DNA from: Paenibacillus sp. FSL R10-2734
GTDB lineage: Bacteria > Bacillota > Bacilli > Paenibacillales > Paenibacillaceae
Reading direction: 5' to 3'
Assembly: GCF_037963865.1 (NCBI RefSeq)
Contig: NZ_CP150170.1
Coordinates: 6,317,760 to 6,357,759 of the forward strand
DNA: 40,000 nucleotides
The notes under the pieces were generated by a model. The model saw only the letters and a list, made by a program, of their open reading frames with translations, did not search any database and was not told the DNA's origin. Every line of letters starts with the position of its first letter. Positions within the stretch are counted from its first letter, which is position 1. A program made the position numbers and the translations under genes. Positions 32,094 through 40,000 of this stretch are shown piece after piece.

Positions 32094-32465
32094 TTATTTC
32101 AGAAATGTAATCTGCTTCAAAGCTGAAATTTCTTCAGCCGTCGGAGCAGTTGGTATTTTTACTAGGTCAACAAATCCGTGAATCATCATTGCACCCGGTG
32201 CTGGCCCGTCGGTTACATCAACATCATTGAACAAAACACCTTCTGCATTTGAAACTCCGGTTGTAGTAACTGCTTTTTTTGCAAGTTTTGTCTGATCAGT
32301 CAGAATCCCGTTTCCGAGAATAGTTCCAGCAGGAACAATCTTCTTGCCTTCTGTATTTGCTGTGATCCCTGTGTTATCTACAGTCACAGCCAAATTGACG
32401 TAATGGTCCGGAAATTTATGAATCTGCTTTCTATTTCCGTATGTCGTTGTAGTAAATTTACTCAT
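32094..32465 (-). CDS. Putative head decoration/capsid accessory protein
   Basis: Lies between the scaffold and capsid genes. Gly/Thr-rich, 123 aa. No firm motif. Confidence 0.4.
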   Translation of the reverse strand: MSKFTTTTYGNRKQIHKFPDHYVNLAVTVDNTGITANTEGKKIVPAGTILGNGILTDQTKLAKKAVTTTGVSNAEGVLFNDVDVTDGPAPGAMMIHGFVDLVKIPTAPTAEEISALKQITFLK

Positions 32466-32478
32466 TACTTTTCACTCC

Positions 32479-33111
32479 TTAATTGAAATATGATTCTCTT
32501 GCCTTTTCCAAATCTTTACCCCCAGCGTTCCTTTGATCAGCTAGAAGTTTTCCAAAGTTTTCTGGTTGTTGTCCGCCGCCTCCGCTTGGCTTACTATCAG
32601 ATGGCGTTGTCCCGCGGAAAGCTGGAGGCTTGCTTTCCTGCTTTTCTGCAAACAAAAAGCCCTTGCTTTCCCGCAGGGGCTTCAGTAGATCATCCAACCC
32701 ACCTTTAATCGAGCCGTTTTCGTCCAGTTGGATTTGGGATTTATCCAAGAGTCCAGCAACAATATCTGGATCGTGAGCATCGCCGGTCAATGCCATCTTA
32801 ATTGCGGTGCTCATTTTTAATTCACTGAGGTCAGATGAATATTTATCAGCTGCGGTTTTGTTTTCATCCTGCAGCTTTGTGATTTTCTCCTGAAGAGAAG
32901 CATTGTCTCCGGCTGACTTTTTCAAGTCTTCCAATTGTTTATCCCGATCTTTCAAGGTATCTTCCGCAGTCTTTTTAGCCGTATTGACCTCATTGAACTT
33001 GTCCTTTGGAATCCAACTGCCATCGGACACTAACGCAATTTTATGTTTGTCACCTGCCTTTTCAAAGACTTTGTTGAACAATTCCTCTCCAAGCAATTCT
33101 TTCAAATCCAT
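32479..33111 (-). CDS. Phage scaffolding protein (GP20-like)
   Basis: MDLKELLGEELFNKVFEKAGDKHKIALVSDGSWIPKDKFNEVN... plus a coiled-coil. Confidence 0.8.
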   Translation of the reverse strand: MDLKELLGEELFNKVFEKAGDKHKIALVSDGSWIPKDKFNEVNTAKKTAEDTLKDRDKQLEDLKKSAGDNASLQEKITKLQDENKTAADKYSSDLSELKMSTAIKMALTGDAHDPDIVAGLLDKSQIQLDENGSIKGGLDDLLKPLRESKGFLFAEKQESKPPAFRGTTPSDSKPSGGGGQQPENFGKLLADQRNAGGKDLEKARESYFN

Positions 33112-33184
33112 CTATAACACCATCCCATTTGGTTTATTTAGCGCAACCCCGCCATGGGCAGCCGTAATACTCCGGCAAACGAGC

Positions 33185-33251
33185 AAAAAGGGCCGCGGCA
33201 GTCTCAACCGTGGCCCAATATAAAAAGCACCCTCGCGTATTGGAGAGTGCT
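33185..33251 (-). terminator. Two tandem minus-strand hairpin/T-run terminators between the MuF and scaffold genes
   Basis: Minus strand AGCACTCTC...GAGGGTGCT followed by TTTTT, and GGGCCACGG...CCGCGGCCC followed by TTTTT. The G:U pairs form only on the minus strand. Confidence 0.55.
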
Positions 33252-33422
33252 TTATTTCTTGCTTTTCAATTCTTTTCTCGTCTGTTCAACTTCTTCCTTG
33301 GAATACCCACACTGTTTCATGAGGTCATCAACAAAATCATCACCCGTTTTTGTAAAATCCGGACTCAACGGTACGTCATTGTATTCGCGGATCACGTTTT
33401 GTGGCCGTGAAGTCTTCGCCAT
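33252..33422 (-). CDS. 56-aa ORF overlapping the 3' end of the MuF gene (MAKTSRPQNVIREYNDVPLSPDFTKTGDDFVDDLMKQCGYSKEEVEQTRKELKSKK)
   Basis: G-rich RBS-like GGGGTGGGG directly upstream. It ends at the first of the tandem terminators. Below the ORF-track cutoff. Confidence 0.4.
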   Translation of the reverse strand: MAKTSRPQNVIREYNDVPLSPDFTKTGDDFVDDLMKQCGYSKEEVEQTRKELKSKK

Positions 33423-35184
33423 ATCCCCACCCCGTTTCCTTGATAAGTCTAAGAATCACCTGGTAATCAAAGTATTCATCCTGCGCTGTCTTTGACATTG
33501 TAGCATACTTCTTATCCTTTTGTAACAAGGCATAGACCTCAGAGAATATGCCCGGGAGCATACTACGTAGCGCTACTGAATCAATTGTGGAATCCGCGGC
33601 ATAAACAAAGCTTATGCCCCCGTTGTGCCCAGAAGCAATAACCGCCTGAACGGAGAGATAATTAGCCAAATTCCTGGAATCTAACACATTCACCCGCGTC
33701 CCGCGTGGATGGTTATGGGTCAAAATAATGGAACGCGAAGGTGCTGCCCTGAGCTTCTTATCTACCTCCTCGGTGAATGCCACCTTATTGACGGAACCAG
33801 TAAGCCGGGCAATTTCTTCCCCTGTAGTCTTGTCCAGCATTACAACAATTTCTTTAGCTTCCTTATATCCACTTCGGGCAACCTCGCGGTTAATATCCGC
33901 TACTCTCTCCAGTACTTCATCCGTCACATCAGGCAAGTCAGCAAAATAGCTGGCACGCGGATTATATTTCCGGTTTACCACACCCCGCCGTGGTTCTTCA
34001 ACTCCAGCTTCGAAATCATCCATTGTCGGCACTGAAAAAGCTTGTTGCTGTGGTATTGGAATATCCTTTGTTGGTCCACCTGGAATCTCGATAGTAGGCA
34101 ATGGGGTTTCAGGTGTCTTCTTGGATGGTACCTCCACGGTAACCGCTTCAGAAGCTTCCGGAGCGTATTTCTCTTCCCACTCTGGATATGCTATATCCTC
34201 TGGTACCTCGTATGTCTTTCCATCATCATCACGAGCCACCCGCTCTTTGATGTTATCGTCATAGTGCGGTATAGTCGTAGATCGGCAGTAAGCATGCATA
34301 GGCGGGTAATTGACGTTAACCTGAGCATCTTCAACATCAAATACCTTACCGTCTAGATCTCGACAAGTAATGGAAGTACGACTGTCTAGCGTGGCAGTGT
34401 AACGGTATTGCTCTACCCCAAGTTCTTTGTAACCAGCTATACGAGACTGACCAGCGAAGTATGCTGATTCCGTCAGTATCAATCTTTCTGCGTTCTTGCG
34501 CGAGACCCCCAGCCGATCCTGCAACTGCTGAACCATCTGTTTTGATGTATCCCCTCGGATAAGTCCTTGAGTAAAGATATTCCGCAGCTCACCATTCAAC
34601 CTTACTCGATCGGTCCATATACGAGATGAGAAGTTACTACCATCTGGTGCCCATGGAGCCGAAAGGATAGCTTCAAGCTGTCGTTTATCTACTTTTGAGA
34701 ATGATGCTCCTATACCGATGCCCTTTTCAAGTTCAAAAATACTCCGATAGTAACCATCCTTGTAGACGTTACCCAGCAGCTCTGTGGTGCCTGACAGACG
34801 CTTAGCAGATAATTCCTCAACATGTTGCTTCATCTGCAATTGAATGGATTCTAAGCGGGTAACACGTACTCTTATGCTGGCATTCTCTAATTCCTTCATC
34901 CACCGCTGATCAATGGCGTTCTCTTTACCGCGAGCAATGTAATCCTCAACGGTCCATTTGAATTCTTTGAGCTCGCCTGCTTTGAGAACTTGTTTAGCAG
35001 CGGATAAGCTAACGATCCCGTTATTATCTGCAAACCGCTGATAGAAATTGTTAACGTCCGTCTGGATAGATATCTGAGCCTTGCGGTATTCCTTATTCAT
35101 TGACTTTGTGAATGGAACTCCCTTGTTAAGCAGAGATTCATTCAACCGCTCCATTCGCTTTGACCAGTAAGCTTCTGATCTCAT
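33376..35184 (-). CDS. Head morphogenesis protein, SPP1 gp7/Mu F family, with about 270-aa C-terminal extension carrying a RadC/JAB-like HNHP motif
   Basis: The N-terminal two thirds match MuF (SNFSSRIWTDR...LILTESAYFAGQSR...TLDSRTSITCRDLDGKVF...PPMHAYCRSTT). The C-terminus reads EIVVMLD...SIILTHNHPRGT (nt 33706-33717)...D. Confidence 0.8.
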   Translation of the reverse strand: MRSEAYWSKRMERLNESLLNKGVPFTKSMNKEYRKAQISIQTDVNNFYQRFADNNGIVSLSAAKQVLKAGELKEFKWTVEDYIARGKENAIDQRWMKELENASIRVRVTRLESIQLQMKQHVEELSAKRLSGTTELLGNVYKDGYYRSIFELEKGIGIGASFSKVDKRQLEAILSAPWAPDGSNFSSRIWTDRVRLNGELRNIFTQGLIRGDTSKQMVQQLQDRLGVSRKNAERLILTESAYFAGQSRIAGYKELGVEQYRYTATLDSRTSITCRDLDGKVFDVEDAQVNVNYPPMHAYCRSTTIPHYDDNIKERVARDDDGKTYEVPEDIAYPEWEEKYAPEASEAVTVEVPSKKTPETPLPTIEIPGGPTKDIPIPQQQAFSVPTMDDFEAGVEEPRRGVVNRKYNPRASYFADLPDVTDEVLERVADINREVARSGYKEAKEIVVMLDKTTGEEIARLTGSVNKVAFTEEVDKKLRAAPSRSIILTHNHPRGTRVNVLDSRNLANYLSVQAVIASGHNGGISFVYAADSTIDSVALRSMLPGIFSEVYALLQKDKKYATMSKTAQDEYFDYQVILRLIKETGWGYGEDFTATKRDPRIQ

Positions 35185-36686
35185 TTCTCATCATCTTCTT
35201 CCGGCTTAGCATTGCCTTTAGAATCTCCCTGAAGTCCGTAATCCTCCATATCTTTCAGCGCTGCTTTTTCTTCATCAGCCTTGCGCTTAATTTCCTCCTT
35301 GGTATTTGTCACCCATGGATGGTTAGCGAGTATGGTTTCATCAGAGACGATTCCTACGCTGTTCTTGGCATCAGTGATAACTTGAGACTCATTAATGACA
35401 ATATCCCGATTAAATAGAAAATTGACTGCCTCTTCTGAGAAGTCATTCCCAGTGGTATTGAAGATATGTTTATCAACGAACCACAAAAGTTGCTCAAGCG
35501 CTGCTTGGAACTCGTTTTCGATATCGTTAGCGTCCATATCCAGATCAGCATATAAGAATTTTAACGCTTCACCGCTCGGTGCTGTAGCAAATGAATCCGC
35601 TTGAGTATCTACCCCACGACCGAATTCATATATATCAGACCGGGTCATCTCCGTATGGAGCTTATAAGCCTCAGTATTGATATTGACATCCATAGTTTCG
35701 ACATCAGCGCCATCTTCTGCAGTTACCTTAACAGACCTAAAAATCATCAAGTTTCTTCGGAACTCACCAAGATCAGTTCCATCATATCCCTTAAGTTTAA
35801 ATATACTGTTGGGAATGTCTTCTAAGTTATTGCTGTTATCAGACTTGCTTCTATCATAGTCATCTATCAGCGATTTAAGTAAGCTGATCAGCGGTAACTC
35901 GTCCTCATTGTATTTAAAGCAAATGAAAGGGATGCGCTCCCAGTTTAAGGCATGTTCAGCTTTTTCAATCCCGTCTATAGCAGCAAAATGACTGCTGAAC
36001 TCACCCAATTCCACATCTGGTATCAGTCCGCTTGTTGTCGGTAGAGCTGTACTACCGGTACCGATCACATAGCGGTTAACACCTTTTGAGTGCCAGAATT
36101 CAACCTTTTTGATAGTTGTTTTCTTTTTCCCCTCATATGCTTCAACCTCATATACACGGATAATCGCATCCAGTTCGGTATGAGCGGCGTCTTTCCATAG
36201 TGGTATAATTTCTTCAGAAGGCAGCTTCTTAAACCGGAAACGGCCTTCTTCGTCGTAATAAACATGCAACCAAGCGCGGCCCTTCTTGCTACTTTCTTTC
36301 AACAAGCTTTTTAAGAGTCGCTTAAACCCTTTATCAAATATTCCTGTCAAAAGTTCATCATAAACTTTGTTCTTGGTCTGTATGCTCATTTCCTTACTCA
36401 GCAGATAGCCTGCTTTCTGGTCAATAAGCTTCCGCAAGAATCCATGGACGATCTTGTTATTAGCTAGGTTTTTAGCTTCTATTAGCGCCCCGCCTTCTCC
36501 AATGGTCATTCGCTTACGTTCTAAGATATCAGCCTTATTCCGATAGTAACGTTCACCAGCAAGCATGTCCTTTCGATCCTGAGATGATAACCAATCATCT
36601 ATTTCTTGCTTAATGATCTCCTCGTCTGTCATAGCGGATGCCGCGCCCTTTTCAATGATTCGGATAACCTCTTCTGTTGTGCTCAA
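35181..36686 (-). CDS. Portal protein (SPP1 gp6 family)
   Basis: 501 aa between the terminase and MuF genes. Motifs: WLSSQDRKDMLAGERYYRNKADI, LRKLIDQKAGYLL. Confidence 0.85.
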   Translation of the reverse strand: MSTTEEVIRIIEKGAASAMTDEEIIKQEIDDWLSSQDRKDMLAGERYYRNKADILERKRMTIGEGGALIEAKNLANNKIVHGFLRKLIDQKAGYLLSKEMSIQTKNKVYDELLTGIFDKGFKRLLKSLLKESSKKGRAWLHVYYDEEGRFRFKKLPSEEIIPLWKDAAHTELDAIIRVYEVEAYEGKKKTTIKKVEFWHSKGVNRYVIGTGSTALPTTSGLIPDVELGEFSSHFAAIDGIEKAEHALNWERIPFICFKYNEDELPLISLLKSLIDDYDRSKSDNSNNLEDIPNSIFKLKGYDGTDLGEFRRNLMIFRSVKVTAEDGADVETMDVNINTEAYKLHTEMTRSDIYEFGRGVDTQADSFATAPSGEALKFLYADLDMDANDIENEFQAALEQLLWFVDKHIFNTTGNDFSEEAVNFLFNRDIVINESQVITDAKNSVGIVSDETILANHPWVTNTKEEIKRKADEEKAALKDMEDYGLQGDSKGNAKPEEDDEK

Positions 36687-36705
36687 TTAGTTTCCTCCTC
36701 TCCTA

Positions 36706-37980
36706 TTAATCAAATGAGAATGAAGCCGGACGCATCACAATAGTGTTCACGAAATAGCGGTCACCGTCCATTTGGTGGTCATTCTGCTTTATGGGCTTCT
36801 CATCTCCCCGGTCAGCTGCGTTCTCATCCCATATATAGGAAGAGAATTCCCGGAAGGTTTCCTTGCAGCAGTCATTATAGAGAATCTTCCCGGTCTTTAA
36901 AGCGGAAGCGACATTAAGAATCCCTTCAATAACATCGTTTTTTGCTTTTTTTACAATGAACTTTCCGTATTTCCTTACCGTAGCTATAAAGCTGGCTGCC
37001 GATGGATCCACTATCACACTTTGTATAGGAATGTCCCCGGCAAATTTAACTAAGTCATGGTAATACTCATCATCTGTCTTCTGCTGGCTCCGTTGGCGGC
37101 CGTCATAGTGATATTCCTTCACCTTGTACCAGACACCAGAAAAAAGCCCCCACAGCCCGAACGTCATCGGGTTTTGGGTGCCGTAGTCACACGATACATG
37201 ATATTTACTGTAGCGCCGTTCCTCAGTCTTTACCATGTGCTTCTCACGGTCAAACATGTCGTAAATAACGCCTTCCGCCAATACCCAGAGCCCCAGAATA
37301 TAGCGTTTATAAAAGATCCCGCTGTACATCCTGCGGTAGCGCTCCTTAACACGTTCTGATAAGGAGAGATTATCGTCCATCGTAAAATGTAGATGGACAG
37401 CCTGCTTCATTTCCAACTGATCTAACCATTCCATTTTGAACCAGTGATACGGCCCTGCTGGGTTACAGTTAAACCAGTACTTCGCTCCATCTACTGAACA
37501 ACGTGCAGTTGCTTGATCTACAAATGACCGTGGCATTAACGCTACTTCATCAAAAAACATACCAGCTAGTGTGATACCTTGTATCAAATCCTGGCTTCGT
37601 TCATCCTTACCACCAAACAAATAGAAATCATTGCTTTGTAATCCTCTACTGATGGTTAGATAATTTTCTGCTCTATGATCAACTACAGTGTATCCACGAG
37701 AATAAAGCATCTGCTTCAGCGGCCCTATAACGTTTCGTCGTAACGCGCCGATTGTTTTTCCAGCCATACCAATATTCTCACCGTTGAAAGTTTCTGTAGC
37801 CCAAGCCACAAACGAAAAAGACATTGATGCTGTTTTACCAGAGCGGACCGCCCCGTCACAGATCAATGCGTCTTTGTCAGCATGAGGACTATTCCCCTGC
37901 ATCCACCAGGTCAATACTTGTAATTGTTTACGAGAGAATGGCTTCCACTTGAAGGTGGCTATTTTACGCTTCACCTTCAT
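36706..37980 (-). CDS. Terminase large subunit
   Basis: Walker A DGAVRSGKT, a nuclease-half Asp motif, and size. RBS GGGAGGTG lies 7 nt before the ATG at 37980, overlapping the terS end. Confidence 0.9.
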   Translation of the reverse strand: MKVKRKIATFKWKPFSRKQLQVLTWWMQGNSPHADKDALICDGAVRSGKTASMSFSFVAWATETFNGENIGMAGKTIGALRRNVIGPLKQMLYSRGYTVVDHRAENYLTISRGLQSNDFYLFGGKDERSQDLIQGITLAGMFFDEVALMPRSFVDQATARCSVDGAKYWFNCNPAGPYHWFKMEWLDQLEMKQAVHLHFTMDDNLSLSERVKERYRRMYSGIFYKRYILGLWVLAEGVIYDMFDREKHMVKTEERRYSKYHVSCDYGTQNPMTFGLWGLFSGVWYKVKEYHYDGRQRSQQKTDDEYYHDLVKFAGDIPIQSVIVDPSAASFIATVRKYGKFIVKKAKNDVIEGILNVASALKTGKILYNDCCKETFREFSSYIWDENAADRGDEKPIKQNDHQMDGDRYFVNTIVMRPASFSFD

Positions 37981-38869
37981 CGGCCCACACCTCCCTCGCA
38001 TGGCCTTTCAGAGCTTCCATGAATCCATCATCTGGTAAATCATTAGCATCAGGTGGAGTCATACCCTTAATCTCAAGCTGTAATTTCTGAACCCGGAGCT
38101 TAGTTTCTTCGTCCATATAACCTAGATACTTTTCCAGTTCCTTCAGTGCTCGCATTTTGTCGTAAAACTTAATACTCACACCATCACGGCCCTGCTTCAC
38201 TTCACTGATCAGCGTTCCATCTACCTCATAAGCTGATTTGAAATGGACAAAGCTGACTGTTTTCGTGACCGGATCGCCCTCTTCATCATAAGTAGGTCCA
38301 TCTATACCAATTACTGGCTCTTCCGTTGTACCGAAGTCTACGTAATCAGTAGTATCAGCAAATGCGATTTTAAGGTACTCGGCTATGACCCGGTGGACAC
38401 TTAAGCCAAGCTCCGCAGTCATTTGTTTCTTCAAGCGCGTGATTTCCGCCTGAATTTCAGGTTTTCTCAAGTTTTCCCATCCTATTGCGTATGCAGCTCG
38501 CTTTGAATACCCCGCAGCCATTGCCGCCCGGGTAGCGTTAAAGTCTCGCATATATTCAAGGACAAACATTCTTTGCTTGTCAGTTAGCTCATCTTCTACT
38601 TCTGACGGATCTCCTCTAGCCACTTCTTTTTTCTGCTTGTTGGACTTCGGTTTCTTTTGTTGTACAACACTTTTCTTTTCTTTTGGCTGTTGTACAACTT
38701 TATTTGTTGATTGTTGTACAACATTCCATTTATCACGCTGCTTCCAGACCGCTACCTTCTTTTCGTCAATGTCCAGTTGCTCGGCTATCTGCCTGTTTGT
38801 TATTTCCCCACCGTGTTCACGCCATATTTCTAGTGCGCGGTCCCGGTTTGGATCGCGTGCTCTTGGCAT
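37964..38869 (-). CDS. Terminase small subunit (N-terminal HTH plus Terminase_2-type domain)
   Basis: LTDKQRMFVLEYMRDFNATRAAMAAGYSKRAAYAIGWENLRKPEIQAEI is the Terminase_2 signature. The N-terminus ITNRQIAEQLDIDEKKVAVWKQRDKW is HTH-like. Confidence 0.85.
   Translation of the reverse strand: MPRARDPNRDRALEIWREHGGEITNRQIAEQLDIDEKKVAVWKQRDKWNVVQQSTNKVVQQPKEKKSVVQQKKPKSNKQKKEVARGDPSEVEDELTDKQRMFVLEYMRDFNATRAAMAAGYSKRAAYAIGWENLRKPEIQAEITRLKKQMTAELGLSVHRVIAEYLKIAFADTTDYVDFGTTEEPVIGIDGPTYDEEGDPVTKTVSFVHFKSAYEVDGTLISEVKQGRDGVSIKFYDKMRALKELEKYLGYMDEETKLRVQKLQLEIKGMTPPDANDLPDDGFMEALKGHAREVWADEGEA
38659..38722. repeat. Three copies of the 10-bp palindrome GTTGTACAAC inside terS (candidate pac/terS recognition site)
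   Basis: Exact copies at 38659-38668, 38689-38698 and 38713-38722. They encode the VVQQ repeats of the TerS linker. Confidence 0.5.
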
Positions 38870-38956
38870 TACATTATCACCACCCCCGGAATGAATTATT
38901 ATCTTTTTACTTTTATAGACCGATATAGTTTTTATAACAGTAGGAGGATATTAACT

Positions 38957-39460
38957 ATGTCGTATGAAAGAATAAAAGCGATTGAGGACTACTTATCAAA
39001 CAAGAAAAAGAAAAAGAAAGAGAATACTCCTGACAATATCAGAAATGCCAGAACACACCTGATAATGGTTTCAAGCGAAATGAGTGAGGAAGAGTTGTCC
39101 AACGTTAAAATTTACTACCAAGGTCTGTTAGCCACTTTTCCTTCTATTAGTAACCTCTTAACTACGCTTGCTATAGCAGTGTCAATTTTTGCTGGTTTAT
39201 TAAGCATTGCCAGTTCCTTTGGCGATGCTGAAAACATATATTTTCGCCCGTTAATTTTAGTCTTATTAGTTATTTCCATTTTATTGCTTCTATTACTCAG
39301 ATTGCTTATTAAGAAAATTTCTGAGGCTTCAAAAAAGTGCGATACATATACTATCATCATAAATCTCATTGATGAAGTATTAAATTCAGATTCAGCAAAA
39401 TCTAAAAGTAAATTATCACAGCGTGTTATGAAAGAAACGATAGAAACGGACGACCTTTAA
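38957..39460 (+). CDS. AT-rich two-TM membrane protein, antisense orientation upstream of the packaging genes (moron)
   Basis: RBS TAGGAGGA lies 7-8 nt before the ATG at 38957 (MSYERIKAIEDY...). TM segments: LLTTLAIAVSIFAGLLSIA and LILVLLVISILLLLLLRLLI. Confidence 0.6.
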   Translation: MSYERIKAIEDYLSNKKKKKKENTPDNIRNARTHLIMVSSEMSEEELSNVKIYYQGLLATFPSISNLLTTLAIAVSIFAGLLSIASSFGDAENIYFRPLILVLLVISILLLLLLRLLIKKISEASKKCDTYTIIINLIDEVLNSDSAKSKSKLSQRVMKETIETDDL

Positions 39461-39504
39461 AAAAACGCTGATAATCGGCTCACAGTAGACCCTATTTTAA
39501 GCAT

Positions 39505-39527
39505 GAAAAAAGCACCCTCGGGTGCTT
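39505..39527 (-). terminator. Terminator of 39538-39762
   Basis: Minus strand AAGCACC-CGAG-GGTGCTT followed by TTTTTT. Confidence 0.65.
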
Positions 39528-39537
39528 AGTAACATTT

Positions 39538-39762
39538 TTACAAGCCTGGCGGTTTTGCTACAACTTTGGCTCGTTGTTTAGGCTTTGCAATTTCCGCGTA
39601 CTTTATCTCGGATCGATTGATAATAGTATCGATGTGTCTAAACCACCCCGAATCTTCGGAGCTGATTTCGCTTAATAGAAACTCCGGATCTTCGGTATCC
39701 AATTTGACTAATTGATTCCCACCAAAATAAACGATAACTTGCTTAATTTCTTTTGCTGACAT
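39538..39762 (-). CDS. Hypothetical phage protein (74 aa)
   Basis: RBS GAAGGAGGTG lies 6 nt before the ATG at 39762 (MSAKEIKQVIVYFGG...). The upstream extension in the track lacks an RBS. Confidence 0.55.
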   Translation of the reverse strand: MSAKEIKQVIVYFGGNQLVKLDTEDPEFLLSEISSEDSGWFRHIDTIINRSEIKYAEIAKPKQRAKVVAKPPGL

Positions 39763-40000
39763 AGTCACACCTCCTTCGACATCATATTTCGACGCAAAAG
39801 AAGTATTTTCCTGCAACTATTACCCATGTACCTTACTTCGCCGTCACCTCTGCAGCTTTTGGGGTTTAGATTATGGGCTTTACCTCCATTTTCCATTCGA
39901 TGGCATTAAGCCGACTCACATACTCATCCCTGACTTCCAAAGGAATACGTTCATCTTCAATAATCGGTTCAGAATGTCCACAGTCTCCTTAACCGGCTCC

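Larger units (their letters stand above)
1642..40000 (-). mobile_element. Prophage (PBSX/skin-like contractile-tailed phage), partial: accessory island plus lysis, tail, head and packaging modules; continues beyond the window
   Basis: tRNA-fragment boundary on the left. Uninterrupted minus-strand late operon with recognisable terminase, portal, capsid, sheath, tube, tape measure, baseplate, holin and amidase genes. No integrase or lysogeny module is seen, so it is presumably beyond 40000. Confidence 0.85.

Noticed and set aside
38659-38722. Possible CRISPR-like or tandem-repeat array (GTTGTACAAC x3)
   Set aside because: The repeats are only 10 bp, palindromic and inside a CDS, with 14-20-bp coding spacers. 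No CRISPR-length repeats, leader or cas genes occur anywhere in the window. They are interpreted as candidate pac/TerS boxes instead.
39869-40000. Possible minus-strand ORF at the right edge (…EPIIEDERIPLEVRDEYVSRLNAIEWKMEVKPII*)
   Set aside because: The open frame reaches a stop at about 39869. An in-frame TAA lies near the window edge, and there is no ATG/GTG/TTG with an RBS downstream of it. It cannot be delimited from this window.

Overview
Low-GC Firmicute (Bacillaceae-like) chromosome/prophage junction. The call rests on AGGAGG-type RBSs, sigmaA-type promoters and PBSX/skin-like phage genes. Bases 1-1170 are the 3' part of a chromosomal M20 dipeptidase gene. A truncated tRNA-Gly(UCC) 3' portion at 1642-1690 looks like a phage att scar. 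Everything to its right appears to be one prophage that runs off the window. About 14.66-38.9 kb is a contiguous minus-strand late operon of a contractile-tailed PBSX-like phage: terminase small and large subunits, SPP1-type portal, MuF/gp7 head morphogenesis protein, scaffold, major capsid, connectors, sheath, tube, chaperone with a -1 frameshift, tape measure, baseplate XkdP-U, fibres, XkdW/X, XhlA, holin and amidase. About 1.7-14.6 kb, between the lysis cassette and the att scar, is a mosaic and partly very AT-rich accessory island. It holds an XRE switch with tiny peptide genes, a secreted YHYH/ComEC-type MBL hydrolase plus DUF3006, and secreted and membrane proteins. The most interesting part is a minus-strand cluster at 8.9-14.1 kb: a cytoplasmic LCAT-type lipase fused to beta-rich repeats, a multi-TM protein, a TIR-domain protein, a 4-TM protein and a small coupled protein. 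These units are separated by a duplicated terminator/leader cassette. I could not match this cluster to any TIR defence architecture I know, and I flag it as the candidate novel system. All calls come from reading the sequence and the ORF track only; no searches were run.
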